From Azolla caroliniana (lineage: Eukaryota > Plantae > Polypodiophyta): a DNA stretch of 34,398 bases. The DNA lies in contig JBHGNT010000330.1 in NCBI GenBank assembly GCA_043228905.1, forward strand, positions 1-34,398. The letters are read 5' to 3'. Numbering within the stretch: position 1 is the first letter of the stretch; each line of letters begins with the position of its first letter. Shown here piece by piece: positions 1-14,200 of the stretch. A program made the translations under genes and the position numbers. The notes beneath the pieces were generated by a model. It was not told where the DNA came from, ran no database searches, and saw only the letters and a list, made by a program, of their open reading frames with translations.

Positions 1-345
1 GGAGTTGTAGGAGGATGAAAGCTGTTGTGGTACTTCGGATGATTATCAGAAACATTTTCAAATTGTGGTGTTCACTCGACTCTGGTGCATTTTAATGGCA
101 ACCTGGAGCTGTGACCAGGGTCCTTATTTTCCACAATTCTAACCTAAGCTTTTGCAAAGTCATCGAGGTCTAGACATGGACAAGGGACAATTTTTTAACC
201 ATATAACATAACAAAGGCCGTTTCCTGTCTCTTCAAGTTACTTTGTATGTTTTATAAATACTGACTTGTAGATGGTGAGTTATTTTACTTGTTATGGGTC
301 CTTGGCTCATTACAGGTATTGCTTATAATGCACATTTTTATTCAG

Positions 346-393
346 GTGACCATTTCACCCATCGAGATTGATCATGAGAAGGCTTCAGCAGAG
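346..393 (+). CDS. Possible isolated 48-bp host exon (VTISPIEIDHEKASAE); no homology recognised
   Basis: Pyrimidine-rich acceptor ttttattcAG before 346, strong donor GAG|GTAAGC after 393, open phase-0 frame. No partner exons identified. Confidence 0.2.
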
Positions 394-473
394 GTAAGCC
401 GATGAGAAGCCTCTCTGCAAAGCCAACATGGCTAGTACAATTTGTTCTACGAGTATGAAGCAATATATTTGAA

Positions 474-2740
474 CAACATGTTTCTCTTTCTTGATTTTCA
501 CAAACAAATGAATTAACTATCCTACACCAAGTTCTGCTACCAGTAGATATGTAACTCTGTCACAAGATATGGATGTTACCATGGTCCTTGCCTTAAGCTT
601 GATAGATTAAAAGTATGTGTTCAGTGAGCAAGGTATGGTCATCAATTCACTCAATTAGTTTGGCTGCAAATTGAAGATAAATGATTTACTAGCCTAATGC
701 TTCCCTATGCTGGTTAAATATTGCTTGTATTTTGTACTGTATCTGAAGGTGTACTTTTGGTTAGAAATAGGCATCATGGTGAAAAACAGCAAGGAAAACC
801 ACAAAATTTCTCGTATTTGTCGCTTTGTTGATGTTTTTGTAAAAGATTTTTATAGTTGCTGTACTGAAATTTGTCATGAACTTGAGAACTTGTTCCTATG
901 TTTTTTTCTCTTTTATTTTCTGTAGATGATATGATTTGTGAATAATACAAATATTTCATAGTCTTGACTAAATGGAGTACATGTATGATTGGTGCTCGTG
1001 TTTCATTTTGAGAACCAATTTCATCAGAAACCTGCATGAACTGCATATAACTTCGAAGTATTAGGGCTCAACAGTCGATTTGTTACTCTTTGAGATCTTA
1101 TTTGAGGAGTTACTGTTTAATACTTGTTATTAAATTTATGTTTAGGACTAGGAAAAGAGGTTGGCTCTAATGATAGGTGTTCAACATTTTAAATATTGAC
1201 TTTATTTGACATTAAAATATTCGCGAGAGTCACAATTAAAGTAAACCTTACATTCGCACTAAAGTTCCGGGATAATAAATCTATTTCTTTGAGAAACATT
1301 GACATCCATTCTCTCTTTTTCCAATCCCTTGTGGATTTGCTCCATATTCACATGCACGTGTGTAACTTTGCAACAACGTTCCCAACTTAGGGTACATCCC
1401 TTTCACTAGCAACCCCCGTTTCCATTTGTTTCTACCGCAAGATGTAACCATGCACTTCACCATCTAAGCTTTCCGTTATTATTGATTAGTATTGTGATTT
1501 CGTTATTTGAATTAGTTCATTTGTGCAACATGTTTCTCTTTGTTGATTTTCACAAACAAATGAATTAACTATCCTACGCCAAGTTCTGCTACCAGCAGAT
1601 ATGTGCCTCATCACAAGATATGGATGTTACCATGGTCCTTGCCTTAAGCTTGATAGATTAAAAGTATGTGTTCAGTGAGCAAGGTATGGTCATCAATTCA
1701 CTCAATTAGTTTGGCTGCAAATTGAGGATAGCCTAATCCATCTCTATGCTGGTTAAATATTGTTTGTATTTTGTACTGTATCTGAAGGTGTACTTTTGGC
1801 TAGAAATAGGCATTATGGTGAAAAACAGCAAGGAAAACCTCAAAATTTCTCTTGTTTGTTGCTTTGTTCATGTTTTTGTAAAACATTTTTATAGTTGCTG
1901 TACTGAAATTTGTCATGAACTTGAGAACTTGTTCCTATGTTTTTTTCTTTTATTTTTTGTATTATTTGTGAATAATACAAATATTTCATAATCTTGACTA
2001 AATGGAGTACATGTATGATTGGTGCTCGTGTTTCATTTTGAGAACCAAATTCATCAGAAAGCTGCACGAACTGCATATAAGTTGGAAGTATTAGGGCTCA
2101 GCAGTTGATTTGTTACTCTTTGAGATCTTATTTGAGGAGTTACTGTTTAATACTTGTTATTAAATTTATGTTTAGGACTAGGAAAAGAGGTTGGTTCTAA
2201 TGGTAGGCGTTCCACATTTTAAATATTGATTTGATTTAAAATCAATACCTTCGTTACAGTTGCAACTACAGTGAATACTTGTTATTAAACTTACGTTTAG
2301 GACTAGGAGAAAAGGTTGGCTCTAATGATAGGCGTTCCACATTTTAAATATTGACTTTATTTTAAATCGAAAATTTCGTGAGTCGCAATTAAAGTAAACC
2401 TTACATTCCCACTAGAGTTCCGGGATAATAAATCTATTTCTTTGAGAAACATTGACATCCTCCAACATAATCGTACCCACAAAGACTTGCCGATCCAATA
2501 TCATTGTTCCAATCCCTTGTGGATGTGCTCCACTTTCACATGCATGTGTGTAACTTTGCAACAGCGTTCCCAACTCAGGGTACATCCCTTTCACTAGCAA
2601 CCCTTGTTTCCATTTGTTTCTCTCCCAAGATGTAATCATGCACTTCACCATCTAAGCTTACCTTTTAAAGATTTAGGGTTGAATTCCCTAGTATTGATCG
2701 GTATTGTGATTTCGTTATTTGAATTAGGTAATTAGTGCAA
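474..2740. repeat. Head-to-tail tandem duplication of a ~1.05-kb AT-rich unit
   Basis: CAACATGTTTCTCTTT starts at 474 and again at 1526. Near-identical text follows, giving the twin ORFs 707/1746 and 774/1840. The second copy has an extra internal repeat (~2140-2240 again at ~2275-2365) and small insertions. Confidence 0.9.
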
Positions 2741-3303
2741 AGTTGTTTCCTTAATTAAGAATTAGATTAGTTAATAAGGATTTCATCATATTGCAATAGG
2801 TGGCTACGAATGATTGTCACCCATTTGCTCCCATGTCATTGACAATTTCATATATATATGTTGGTTAAAATCCCTTGAATGATCTCAATGAGAAAGGAAT
2901 TGGCAAAGTGGAGTGTTCAATAAATACTTATTAGGAATTTAGATTATATGCATTGTTTCATTACCTTTAAGATATATGATCTTTCCCGATATTCTTTCGT
3001 TGCATTTCTTATATGATTGAATCATGATGATCCACTTGTTTCCACAAGGATTCTAACATTTCCTACATCCACACGTAATAATATCCTCTTCAAAACAATC
3101 CCTAGGTGCAATATGGTGTCATATTGCCAATGACACATGATATGAAACCACATCCATAATAAATGCATTCTCCCCTTACAAATTCTTTTTATGTTTATGG
3201 ACCTCTCGTAGTGAAATGCAAATTTTGAACTCCATGTGACTCGTTTGTGATCTTAGACTAGGGAGAGATCAATGGGATTAAGGAAGTGAGGAAGAAAAGA
3301 ACC

Positions 3304-3624
3304 TCACTAATTGTAATCACTTTTAAAAATAAAGTAAAATATGGTTTGGGTTCATTCATGTGTGTGTATCACCAATAGCATCATCCTTCTAATATCATCT
3401 TTTTGACCCTCTATCTCCATTTATGAATAGAGACCCAACACTTTTCAACACACATGTAACACACTTTTAAAATATCATCACTAATTGTAATCACTTTTAA
3501 AAATAAAGTAAAATATGGTTTGGGTTCATTCATGTGTGTGTATCACCAATAGCATCATCCTTCTAATATCATCTTTTTGACCCTCTATCTCCATTTATGA
3601 ATAGAGACCCAACACTTTTCAACA
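3304..3624. repeat. 147-bp direct duplication (3304-3450 and 3478-3624)
   Basis: TCACTAATTGTAATCAC...CTTTTCAACA present twice, separated by 27 bp. Confidence 0.9.
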
Positions 3625-3730
3625 ACTGTCTTTGTCACATGTATAGGCTTTCCTTGAAAACTTTGTATAAACATCATTCTCTACTTATCGAAAATTCACA
3701 ACTAATGCTTCATTACAAAAAGGAAACAAT

Positions 3731-3789
3731 AGTATAATAAAAAAGTGAACAGTATAATAAAAAAGTGAACAGTATAATAAAAAAGTGAA
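3731..3789. repeat. 20-bp tandem repeat x3 (AGTATAATAAAAAAGTGAAC)
   Basis: Read directly from the sequence. Confidence 0.9.
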
Positions 3790-5581
3790 AATCATCAACA
3801 TTTCTCAATATAACAAGAATCTACTAAATCTTTGTGAGCTATTGATTTAAATTAACATACCAAGTAAGCTAGATTTGAACTATGATGGCCACCCCAAGTT
3901 GGTTGAGTAGTCATGTATAGAATTTGTTTGGTAGTTGCCTTGTTACAACTCAAACTTATTGCATTGAAGAAAAATTCAACAAAACTTTTTTTTGTAGTCC
4001 CAATCATGGTATGAACCATACGTACTATACGTGCATTCGCAATCGTGAATGTTTCAATCATTCGAGTAAGATAAACACCCTCAAAGAATGATAAATACCA
4101 TACTTTTGGATTAACCATTTATTATGAGTTAAATAAACCTAAAAAAAGGAAAAATAGCAAAATAAAACCTTTAAAAAATGGGAAAAAACCCAAAAAAGAA
4201 AAAACACAAGAATATTTCAATAACATTCGCATTCGTTTTCCAATGTTGGAAAACGAATGTTATGCTAGACAAACACGAATTTTACGCACTATGGGACTCC
4301 CAATGATTTATGTCAAATTTCAATATACAAAAGGTATTTATTTGCAATGAGTAGGATTGATATTGAGAATAAGGTAATTCAATTAGAGTTTAGAGAATTG
4401 TATGAGTACATGTCGGTGATATTACCTATCCTTTAAAATTAAGGTATGAAATGTACACGACATATTGAAACACAACACTCCAAACTACATATTATTATGA
4501 ATGATAGGTATCGGATGATCCATCATGTTTTTGTGCATTAGTGCTCCATGTTAAGATTCTCTCGTAACTTTTTGCCTAACTACAATGGTAAAGTTACTTG
4601 CTTATGGCATCTAACTCGTTTCTATTACACATGCTCACTTGAATTGATGTCATCAAACATGATAATGTCAAATGATTCAAACCCTAATATCAAGGCCATA
4701 GAAGCATAATATATAATATGACCCAAATTCATTTGAAAAGAATGGTCAAGGAGGATGGGTATGGGGAGTACACTATTTTATCTTGATCATTTGCATTTGA
4801 ATATATATATATATATATATATCTTAATTACTTTCTTGATCACAAGCCCTAAAGCTCAATTGAGGTTGTCATTAGTCAAATTATTCAACACCAAACTTGC
4901 CCTAAGTCAATTGAGCGGCACCAACCTGAAAGTGGATAGACATTTTTTTACTATTACTTGGACAAATGGTCTTGCTTCAAAATTGCATGAAAAATGACCC
5001 TTAATCCTTCTTACCTAATACACATATCTATAATGAACCTAATTACCCAACTATCTTCGTGAATATTGGGCTTAATTTTACAAATATAAACAAGCCCTTT
5101 TTTGTTTTACATTTCTATCCTCTACTTATATACACCATCATTTTCAAAGATGGCCCACAAGACAACCAAGATCTTATCCATATTTCCTATCTGTATTTCC
5201 TTAGAGGTTAATCAAAAGTAATGGAAGGGAAAAGAAAACGCGGCATTGCATTGTAAAAGTTGAAAGACATGCCAAAGTGTTTTGACTTTTTGGTGTGGTA
5301 TGTGTAAATACACTCTGCGAGAAGATGAAGAATCCAAAAGCCACAAAAAATGGGCATGTAAAAGCAATCAAATTCTTCTTGTCTCATTCATAGTAAATTG
5401 TTTTGTGGTTTTGACATTTAAATTATAGTTGGAACTTGGAACTTGGAAGAGTGTTTTTCATTAAACACGCTAACAAAGAGACGAAACAGTAAATCCTGAA
5501 ATACTTTCCGTCCACAAAAATTGATAGGTAGACCGAGTGGATGAGAAACCTTTCTTTTTATAACTAAGTGGGGCCCAAAAT

Positions 5582-5585
<4 letters not shown>

Positions 5586-5618
<33 letters not shown>

Positions 5619-5634
5619 GGACAGAGAGAGAGAG
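5586..5634. repeat. (GA)n microsatellite
   Basis: Read directly from the sequence. Confidence 0.9.
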
Positions 5635-7455
5635 AATGTGTTTGAGTTTTGGATTGTTTTAATAATTGTTATGTTTGTTGCCAAACTTAATTTGATTGAT
5701 GATTATGTTAATGTAAAGTTTGGCTAACACTAACATATTTTCATTTATTATTTCCATTTATCATTCATAACTTTCCCTTCACATTCCATTCTTTTCTGTT
5801 CTTTCATTCATTCCCTCCACACATTCAATTCATTTTCTTCCGTTCCATGGAGAAGCCTCACCTCCTCCCACGCCCTCACCGATCCATCTTCACGTTGTGG
5901 AAATCCAAGGAGGTGAGAGAAGCGGTAGAGAAATTCAGAGCAGCTCTACTCAACCTCCCTTCAAACTCAACCTCTCAACAACAACAACATCATGCAGCTG
6001 TTGATTTTGATGATCTGCTAATTAAGAAGCTCTTCCTACTCAACAAATGCGCATAAAATGAGAGAAAATGCTACAAATAGTTAGGAATCACAATCACATA
6101 CGAGAACATTATTGAAACCTTGAATTGAAGCTCTCAACATGAATCCCCTTATGAGTGAATGAGAGAAAGATGTAATGTATTATCGTTTTTGCAGGTTAAA
6201 TTGAACTAGTCTAGGACACCGAAAAAGAAAATTCATTCAAGGATTGGTTTAATGTAATGTAATACATATGAAACTGAATATAACTCTTAATGTTCAAGAC
6301 TTTACTATATAATGTCAAAACTGAGACTCTAATCAAGAGAGAAATTCATTCAAGGATTGGTTTGGTTGAGGATGTTACGAGTCATGATCCATGCATCTTA
6401 AAGATTTATAAATACATTGGATTTATTCCTACAATTTAAACTATTAAAAGCCAATGTTTCTTACATCTCATCATATTCTTAAATTTCCTTCATGGGTTAC
6501 ATTGCTCAAATTGTTATATCTCATCCTTGATGTGATATCACATCCCTAACAAGTCAATAATCCATCGGTAAAATCTTTACTACATTATATAAAAAGAAGC
6601 TACTCGCTACTCCGTCATTTAAGTACAATTATGTATATGTATACCAACATGGGTATATCCCTCAAACACCAAGTTGACATTTCTCCTACAAAATGAGTTG
6701 TTTTTCTACTTACAAATAAAGTTAGGAGTGTGAGCCCCATACCTCTACCTCTACCTCCACCTCGTTACAATTTACCATTGGTTGGACCACTAGACACAAA
6801 TAAATACAGATCAATTGAATATCATTATAACTTATGCAGGCATGGTTGTTGAGAGAGTTTTTTTCTACAACATTGGCATCATATCCATGGTAAATGTGAA
6901 ATTAACTCCTCGGACAGCCAAAAATTGCCCATTAGAAAATATGAATCATATGATAGGCAAGATTTTAGCATTCCATCAAACTCCAAACCTTGCTTTCTTC
7001 AAGTGCATTAGATATTGTTTTGTTATACTAGAACATTTTTTCATGAGGCATTGTAGAACATATGACATTGTAGAACATTTTTTCATGAGGCATTGTAGAA
7101 CAACTATAGCTCTCAAGCTATGTTGAAATAATGTTTACCCACATATAGAGGCGTCTAGGAGCACAAAATGTTTGAAACTTGAGAGAAATTTGTGCAAATT
7201 ACTCTCTATGGAAAAATATTTTCCATGAGTTTAGGAGGGAACTGCTGATTAACTAACCCACTTGTAGTAATATATTACAAAAATGTTTGAAGCTCAAGAG
7301 AGAAAAACATTTGCAAACTGTCTCAAGGGGGCAGATTTTTCCATGAATCTAGAAGAGAATGGAAGATGTATCACTAGCTCGTTAGTCTCTCACAGATTGG
7401 AGATGCGGGGTCTAAATTTGGATGATTGAATTTGCATGTCTCCTGCAACCATAAC

Positions 7456-8171
7456 TGATAGGAATACGCTCCCCTAAGCTATGCTCGGCCACAACCGAGA
7501 CGTCGGATCAATCATAGAAAACAGGGATGTGGAGAGATGTATCTACAGACGAAACAGTAAAGAAGAGAGTGCACTGGATGTTAACGTGGAAAACCCAAAT
7601 ATGGGAAAAACCACGACAACCCTCGGACTGCAAAATATCACTATATCAAGATTACAACAATGGGGCACAGAGGCAACGACCTCTTGCTCCCTCGCTTCGC
7701 CACCAGGCGGTTACAACAAAGGCAACAACCTCTTCCTCTCTTGTCCTCTCTCTCTCTCTCTCTCTCTATACACACAGTTACACTCAGAATTATCGCCACA
7801 CCGATAATCACACAACCAACTCTATCATCATCACTATTAAGTTTGCCCTAGGTCATATTTATACTAATATGACTTTCGGGCTATTTACAAATATAGCCCC
7901 AGTGGGCTCTCTAGAACATATTTACATATATGTCCCTTCTATCCGATGAGAGGTTCTCACCGGGCCTGCAACATCCGGTTCTCACCGGGTCTTCCTTGCC
8001 GGGTACTCGTCATTCGGTTCTCACCAGGTCTTCCGTTGACGGGTACTCCACATCCGGTTCTCACCGGGTCTTCCGTTGTCGGGTACTCCACATCTGGATC
8101 TCACCGGGTCTTCCGTTGCTCATCAACACTGTTCTTCTCACTTCCCATCCGGAGGGACCTGTTTCCTAACA
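7456..8171 (-). repeat. 3' LTR of Copia A (716 bp) with internal ~40-bp GC-rich tandem repeats at 7952-8119
   Basis: Termini TGATAGGAA...TTCCTAACA (imperfect inverted repeat, TG..CA), directly adjacent to the PPT. Confidence 0.85.
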
Positions 8172-8188
8172 AACTCCCCCTTCACTCC
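8172..8188 (-). other. Polypurine tract of Copia A (GGAGTGAAGGGGGAGTT)
   Basis: Purine run on the minus strand abutting TGTTAGG, the start of the 3' LTR. Confidence 0.85.
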
Positions 8189-10705
8189 GGCATGGGAAGT
8201 CTTACTAGTCCGATCCGCTTCCGACATGCATCCAGCTTGTCGGGTATCAGTACTTTGGTCAGCATATCTGACCCGTTCTCAGCCGTGTGGATCTTCGTCA
8301 GCGTGAACTCTCGATCTTCTACTCGCTCCCGGATCTAGTGATACCTACACTGGATGTGCTTCATCCTGGAATGGTACGCTACGTTCTTAGCAAGGTGGAT
8401 GGCACTTTGACTGTAGCAATAGAGCTGGTATTCATCTTGCCGGATACCGAGCTCTCCGATGAAGTCCTTCATCCATAATATTTCCTTGCTGGCTTCAACA
8501 GCTGCCATGTACTCCGCCTTCGTGGTTGACAACGCAAACGTCTTCTGCAACCTCGACTACCACGAAACAGCTCCCCCTACATATGTCATTACATACTCAG
8601 ATGTAGACTAGCTGGTATCCACATCAGCCGACATATCCGAATCGGTAAAGCCGTCAAGTTGAGGTTTAACGGAGTCAAATCGGAGACACATATTCGAAGT
8701 GCCCTTCAAGTATCAGAGTATCCATTTGACCGTGTTCCAGTGCTCCTTGCCAGGATTGCTCATAAACCGGCTCACCACTCCGACTGCATATCCAATATCC
8801 GGTCGAGTACACATCATTGTGTACATTAAGCTCCCAACGGCAGAGGCGTATGGAACCTTCATCATCTCTGCCTTCTTTGCTTTCGTCTTCGGGCTTTGCT
8901 TATCGAATAATCTGCAGTTTGCCGGGAGTGTTGATCCGACTGGTTTTGCTTCTAACATGTTGAACCGCTGAAGCACCTTTGTCACGTATTTCTCCTGTGA
9001 CAACCACAATTGCTTCTTTGACCGGTCTCGGATGATGTGGATCCCCAGTATTTGTCTTGTCGGGCCCAAGTCTTTCATTGAGAAAGTTCGGTTGAGAGCC
9101 TTCTTCAGCATCCATATTTTGGCTTGGTCCCGTCCGACGATCAACATGTCGTCCACATACAAAAGGAGTATCAAGGAGTCGCCTCCTTCAAACTCCTTCA
9201 AAAACACGTAGTGATCGGTTTGCGTTTTGTGATACCCTTGGTCGGTCATGAAGGAGTTGAACTTCCGGTACCATTGTCGGGGAGCCTGCTTTAGTCTGTA
9301 CAGGCTCTTCTTCAATCGGCAAACCAGGTGCTCCTTCCCTTTCTCCACGAATCCTTCCGGTTGCTGCATGTAGATCTCCTCTTTGAGATCACAGTGAAGG
9401 AATGTCGTCTTCACGTCTAGCTGCTCTACCTTGAGGTCCATGCTTGCCGCTATACTGAGCACCGTCCGGATGGAATTCATCTTTATTACCGAGGCAAATA
9501 TCTCGTCGAAGTCCATGCCCTTCTTCTGCTGGAACCCCTTCACCATGATCTTGGCTTTGTACCTTGGAGGGTTGCCGGCATCTCCCGGTTTCAACTTGTA
9601 CACCCACTTGTTTCGGAGTGCCCTCTTTCCTTTTGGCAACTCCACCAATTCATACGTGTGGTTCTCATGCAAGGAATCCATCTCGTCCTGCATGGCATTC
9701 AACCACTTTTGGCAATTGGTGTCACTTTTAGATTCCTCAAAGCTTTCTGGCTCCCCCTCATCGGTTAGCAACACATGGTCTAGATCCGGAAATCTCCGTC
9801 TTTGGCTTTCGGCAACCGGCTCCTCTATTTGTTCTTCATCCGAATCCGATTCGGGGTCTTGGCCGATTCCGGTTTCAGCTTCCTCTACTTCTTCTTCTGC
9901 CGGTTCGGTATACACTCCGTAATCGGCTGGTTCCTCGAGTGTCAACCACCTCTTAGCTGGGTGGGTCCGAATCTCATCGGAGTTCATTATCTTCTTCTCC
10001 GACTCCCAGTCGGCAAGAGTCTTGTCCTCCATGAAGATAATATCTCGACTCCAGAATACTTTCTGGTCGATCGGGTCCCACACTCGGTAGCCGAACTCAT
10101 CGTCGCCGTAACCGAGGAATATGCATGGTCGGGTCTTCGGATCTAACTTTCCTCTTCGGTCCCTAGCTACATGCACGTACACAAGACACCCGAATACCTT
10201 CAGATGCCGGTAGGACACTTCCTTACCGGTCTAGACTCTCTACGGTGTGTCTCCGTCCAAGGGTACTGAGGGTCATCTGTTTATCACATATGTCGTCGTC
10301 GACAGTGCCTCAGCCCAAAATATCTTGGGTAATTTTCCATGCGCCGGCATACTCCAGACCCTCTCCATTATGGTCTAGTTCATCCTCTCGGCTAGCCCAT
10401 TTAGTTCAGGCGTCTTCGGCACGTTAAATTCGAGCCGGATTCCCTTCAAGCGACAATACTCCTCGAACTGCCCCTGGTATTCTCCTCCGTTATCTCCTCG
10501 AACCGCCTTCAGCTTCCGGTCGGTTTCTCTTTCCACTGTCGCGTGGAGCTCTTTGAAGACGGATAACACTTGATCCTTCGTCTTCAACGGTGTGGCCCAC
10601 AGCTTCCGGCTGTGGTCATCTATGAACGTCACGAAGTACTGCGATCCAGCATGTGACTTCGTGTCCACTTGACACACATCAGTATGCACCAACTCCAGTG
10701 GTGTG
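8182..10705 (-). pseudogene. Copia A pol: integrase core, reverse transcriptase, RNase H (premature stops and frameshifts)
   Basis: Integrase VHTDVC..FIDDHSR..DNGGEY..NGLAERMN; RT QLDVKTTFL, LLLYVDDML; RNase H ALSTTKAEYMA, SAIHLAKN, KHIQCRYH. Confidence 0.92.
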
Positions 10706-11084
10706 TGTTGAGAATCAAGCTCAACTTGGTCTAGTGTGTGAACTCACCTTGAGAGTGAAGAGACACTGCAACGGTCAAGAGTCACCATTATGTCACCACT
10801 TTGTATTCTAGCATTTAGTATGAGTCATAGAATCATATTCTATGACACATAACTTATGAGCTTTCACATTCCCCATGCTCCATGAGTCTTGTAGTTAATG
10901 AAGAGAGAGGGTGACTACATAAAGCACCCTCCTCCCACCTTGTATAATGTTGAGTCTTTCTCCTTTGTCAATATACTTTTACCTTGCGTATTCCTTGTCT
11001 CTCTCACTCTCTCTCTCTCTCTCATACACACACATAACTCATATCTCTTCCGCTTCACAAGAATCCATCTCTTGATTCTTTACA
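10706..11084 (+). repeat. 5' LTR of Copia B (379 bp)
   Basis: Matches 16537-16907 except for about 6 substitutions and an 8-bp (CT)n length difference, counted by eye. Confidence 0.95.
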
Positions 11085-11096
11085 TGGTATCAGAGC
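11085..11096 (+). other. Primer-binding site complementary to tRNA-iMet
   Basis: TGGTATCAGAGC immediately after the LTR terminal CA. Confidence 0.95.
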
Positions 11097-11246
11097 GATT
11101 TGGTAGCTCGATCTAGCCCATTCGCCTCGTCGTGATCGTGTGTTGTGCTCTACGCCGACGACCAAGAACCGACTTATAGTTATTGTAGCTTCGCTACATA
11201 GTTCACATTTGAAGAGAGAAGAAGAAGAAGAAGAAGAATCGACATA

Positions 11247-14200
11247 ATGAATACTCAAATGGGAAGCGCTCTCTCTACCGAGAAGTTGGATCGAAACAAC
11301 TTCGCATCTTGGGAGTACAAGATGCACCAATACCTTGTCGGACAAGGCTATTGGAGCTACATCAAAGGAGCGCATGAAGACCGACCCGCCGAAGTGGCTC
11401 TTGGATACGCGACATGGAAGCAAGCCGCAAGCCGCGTGCCGCGTGATGTATTGTTTGGCAACATGTGTTCACGACCACATGCTCGGTTACATTCGAGAAG
11501 CCAAGACGTTGAAGGAAGCGTGGGAAAATCTACGAAAGATTTTCGCCGCCAACACGACCGCGAGGAAGCTTCAACTCCACCAAGAGTTGAACAACATTCA
11601 ACAAAGGGACATGTCCATCACGACATACACCTTGAAGATCAAGGAGCTTTGCGACTCGCTCGGCTCAATAAGCGTTGTCGTGCCTTTCGGCTCCGGATCG
11701 TTTGCGTGAGTCGGGTGGGAACCACCGAGGTTTTGGACTAGGAGAAAGAAGAATATGAGATGAGGCTAGTAATGAATAGATTATTAGAAAGAGAGATAGA
11801 AATCTCGTGAATCCCACGAGTGTATTGTATTCGATTAATCAATATTTAGATAAGAATATGTATTTAGATTGAAAGAAAGATATAAGAAACTTGTGAATCC
11901 CACAAGTATAATTATATTATTTTCGTGAATCCCACGATTATATTAATTGGTTGGTGTTTTCGGAAATATATCCAATTTCCAAATATTTCACACACCTATT
12001 ACATTGTGCTCCCCATCCTTATGTAGTGATGGGAGAGACTAAGCATAGCTACATGCTTTTTTTCTAATATGTTCATGCACACTAAATGTGCATGTGATGC
12101 TTTTCTAATCCTTGCTTTTATTTGCTAAATATAGTGCTCATGCACGCTAGATGTGCATGAGTCACTTTTTAGTCGCTTGCGTTTTTCTATAAAATATTCA
12201 CGCACTCTAAAAATACATGATTTACCTTTTAATAAAGGTAGGCGCAAATAAAGCACTTATAGTTATTAAATCTATTTATAGAACACTAAAGATAAGGTAG
12301 CATAATGGTAAAGTTGAGGTTTGGCTACGTGGAGGTACAGGGTTCAAATCCTGCCCTATGCATGTGATAAATATCTTGATATATTATTTTATTTATTTAT
12401 ATGTAATTAAATCGGTTATATTATTTTTTACTTTTTCACGTAGTGTACGAAATACACTACGACAGCGTAAGTATAGATGATGATGAGATGGTGCAAATAT
12501 GCTCGGCGGTCTTGCACCACGGTTCGGCGCGATGCGAACCGCCGTTCTAGCACGGGAGAAATATCCCTCCTTCTTCGAGCTCCAATCAATGTTATTGGTC
12601 GAAGAAAACCACGTGCGTACAAGGAGCAATGAGTCGGAAGGCCACATGCTCTACATGCACTCTAATGGAGGAAGAGGATGCGGACGAGCGAGAAGCCGAT
12701 TCGGCCAAGGACAAGGCGGACGAGGTCCGACCTATGACAACAACTCCCAATTTTGGCCACAAAACGGAGGCCAACGAGGAACCTTCGCAAGAAGGGGGAG
12801 TTTCCACTCCGGCCCGAGCCGTCAAAACGCAACCGAATGCAGATATTGCGGAAAGCTCGGCCACCACGAAGAAGAGTGCCGAAAGAAGATGCATGAATCC
12901 GCTTCCACAAGCCGACAACTCACAAATTACGCACACAACTCCGACTACGAAAATCGTGGCGAAATGTATGGGCACAACTCCGACTACAAAGATCGTGGCG
13001 GAATGTATGGGCACAACTCCGACCGTGGCGGAATGTTCATGATGAAACATAGAGCAAACTCTATGTCGGCCGCTACCTCATCTAGTGCCTCCGGTCCGGA
13101 AGACGTATGGTTCGTCGATTCCGGTGCCTTGAACCATATGATATTGCATCAAGAATGGTTCCGAGAACTTCGAGAGCCGGACTGACCCGGCTATGTCGAA
13201 ACCGGAGATGACACTACGCACCCGATTCGGCACATTGGCAATGTTCCGTTCGGAAAAGAAGGTAAGCAAAACTACATTAAAAATGTCTTGCATGTACCGA
13301 CCATTACAAAGAATTTGGTCTTCGTCGGCCAAATTGTAGAGCAAGGGATGCAAGTTTGATTTAATCAAGGCGGTTGCTTCATCGAAAAAGAGGGCCGACT
13401 CATCGCACGCGGATGAAGAGAGGGCCGGATGTTCATTCTCGATTCACGCGAGATGAAATCCGCCATGTTCGCGAAAAACACGAAAGTTGACTCCGACATA
13501 GAGCTATGGCACAAGCGAATCGGCCACATCAATGTCAACAAACTCAAAGCAATGAAATTGAAAGGAGTCGTCATCGGACTCCCGACATTCAAAGAGGAGA
13601 TTGAAGGTGTATGCGAAGCATGCCTATTCGGCAAGCAACACCGACACCCTTTCCCGAAAGAGTGGAACGTGAGCAAAGGTCTACTCGACGTAGTCCATTT
13701 TGACGTATGGGGACCTGCGCAGACGGCTACATTTGGCGGATGCCGATATTACGTGCTCTTCATCGACAACTTCTCTAGGCACACTTGGATCTACCCGATG
13801 CGGCAAAAGAGCGAAGTGTTCAGACATTTCCAAAATTTCAAGAATGAAGTCGAGAAAGCCACGGCCGACATGTACGATGCCTTCGATCGGATGGCGGCAA
13901 GGAGTACTTCTTGGACGATTTCACGACATATCTCCGAAAGGAAGGAATTCGGCGAGAATTCACTTGCCGACACACTCCGCAACAAAACGGGGTAGCCGAA
14001 TGCAAAAATCGGCACATCCTTGAAGTAGCGCAGGCCATGATGAACGAGAAGCATATGCCCAAGTCATATTGGGTCGAAGCTGCAAATACGGCCGTCTACC
14101 TAATGAACCGGTGCACAACATCCGGCGTGCACGAGGTCACTCTGCATGAAAAATACTTCGGAAAGAAGCCGGACTTATCGCACATCCGCATATTCGGAGC

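Noticed and set aside
707-2651. Short ORFs in the duplicated AT-rich region
   Set aside because: No recognisable motifs; the similarity between ORFs simply reflects the DNA duplication
3852-4118. 88-aa minus-strand ORF
   Set aside because: No family recognised; may be a decayed fragment
5847-6056. 69-aa ORF MEKPHLLPRP... as a small host gene
   Set aside because: Slightly coding-like composition, but no recognisable homology or splice structure; cannot be supported without expression data
12292-12360. Functional tRNA gene
   Set aside because: No acceptor or anticodon stem can be formed; only the A- and B-boxes are present
12931-13040. HNSDY..RG.MYG repeats in Copia B gag
   Set aside because: Ordinary local 39-bp tandem duplication in the variable gag-protease linker
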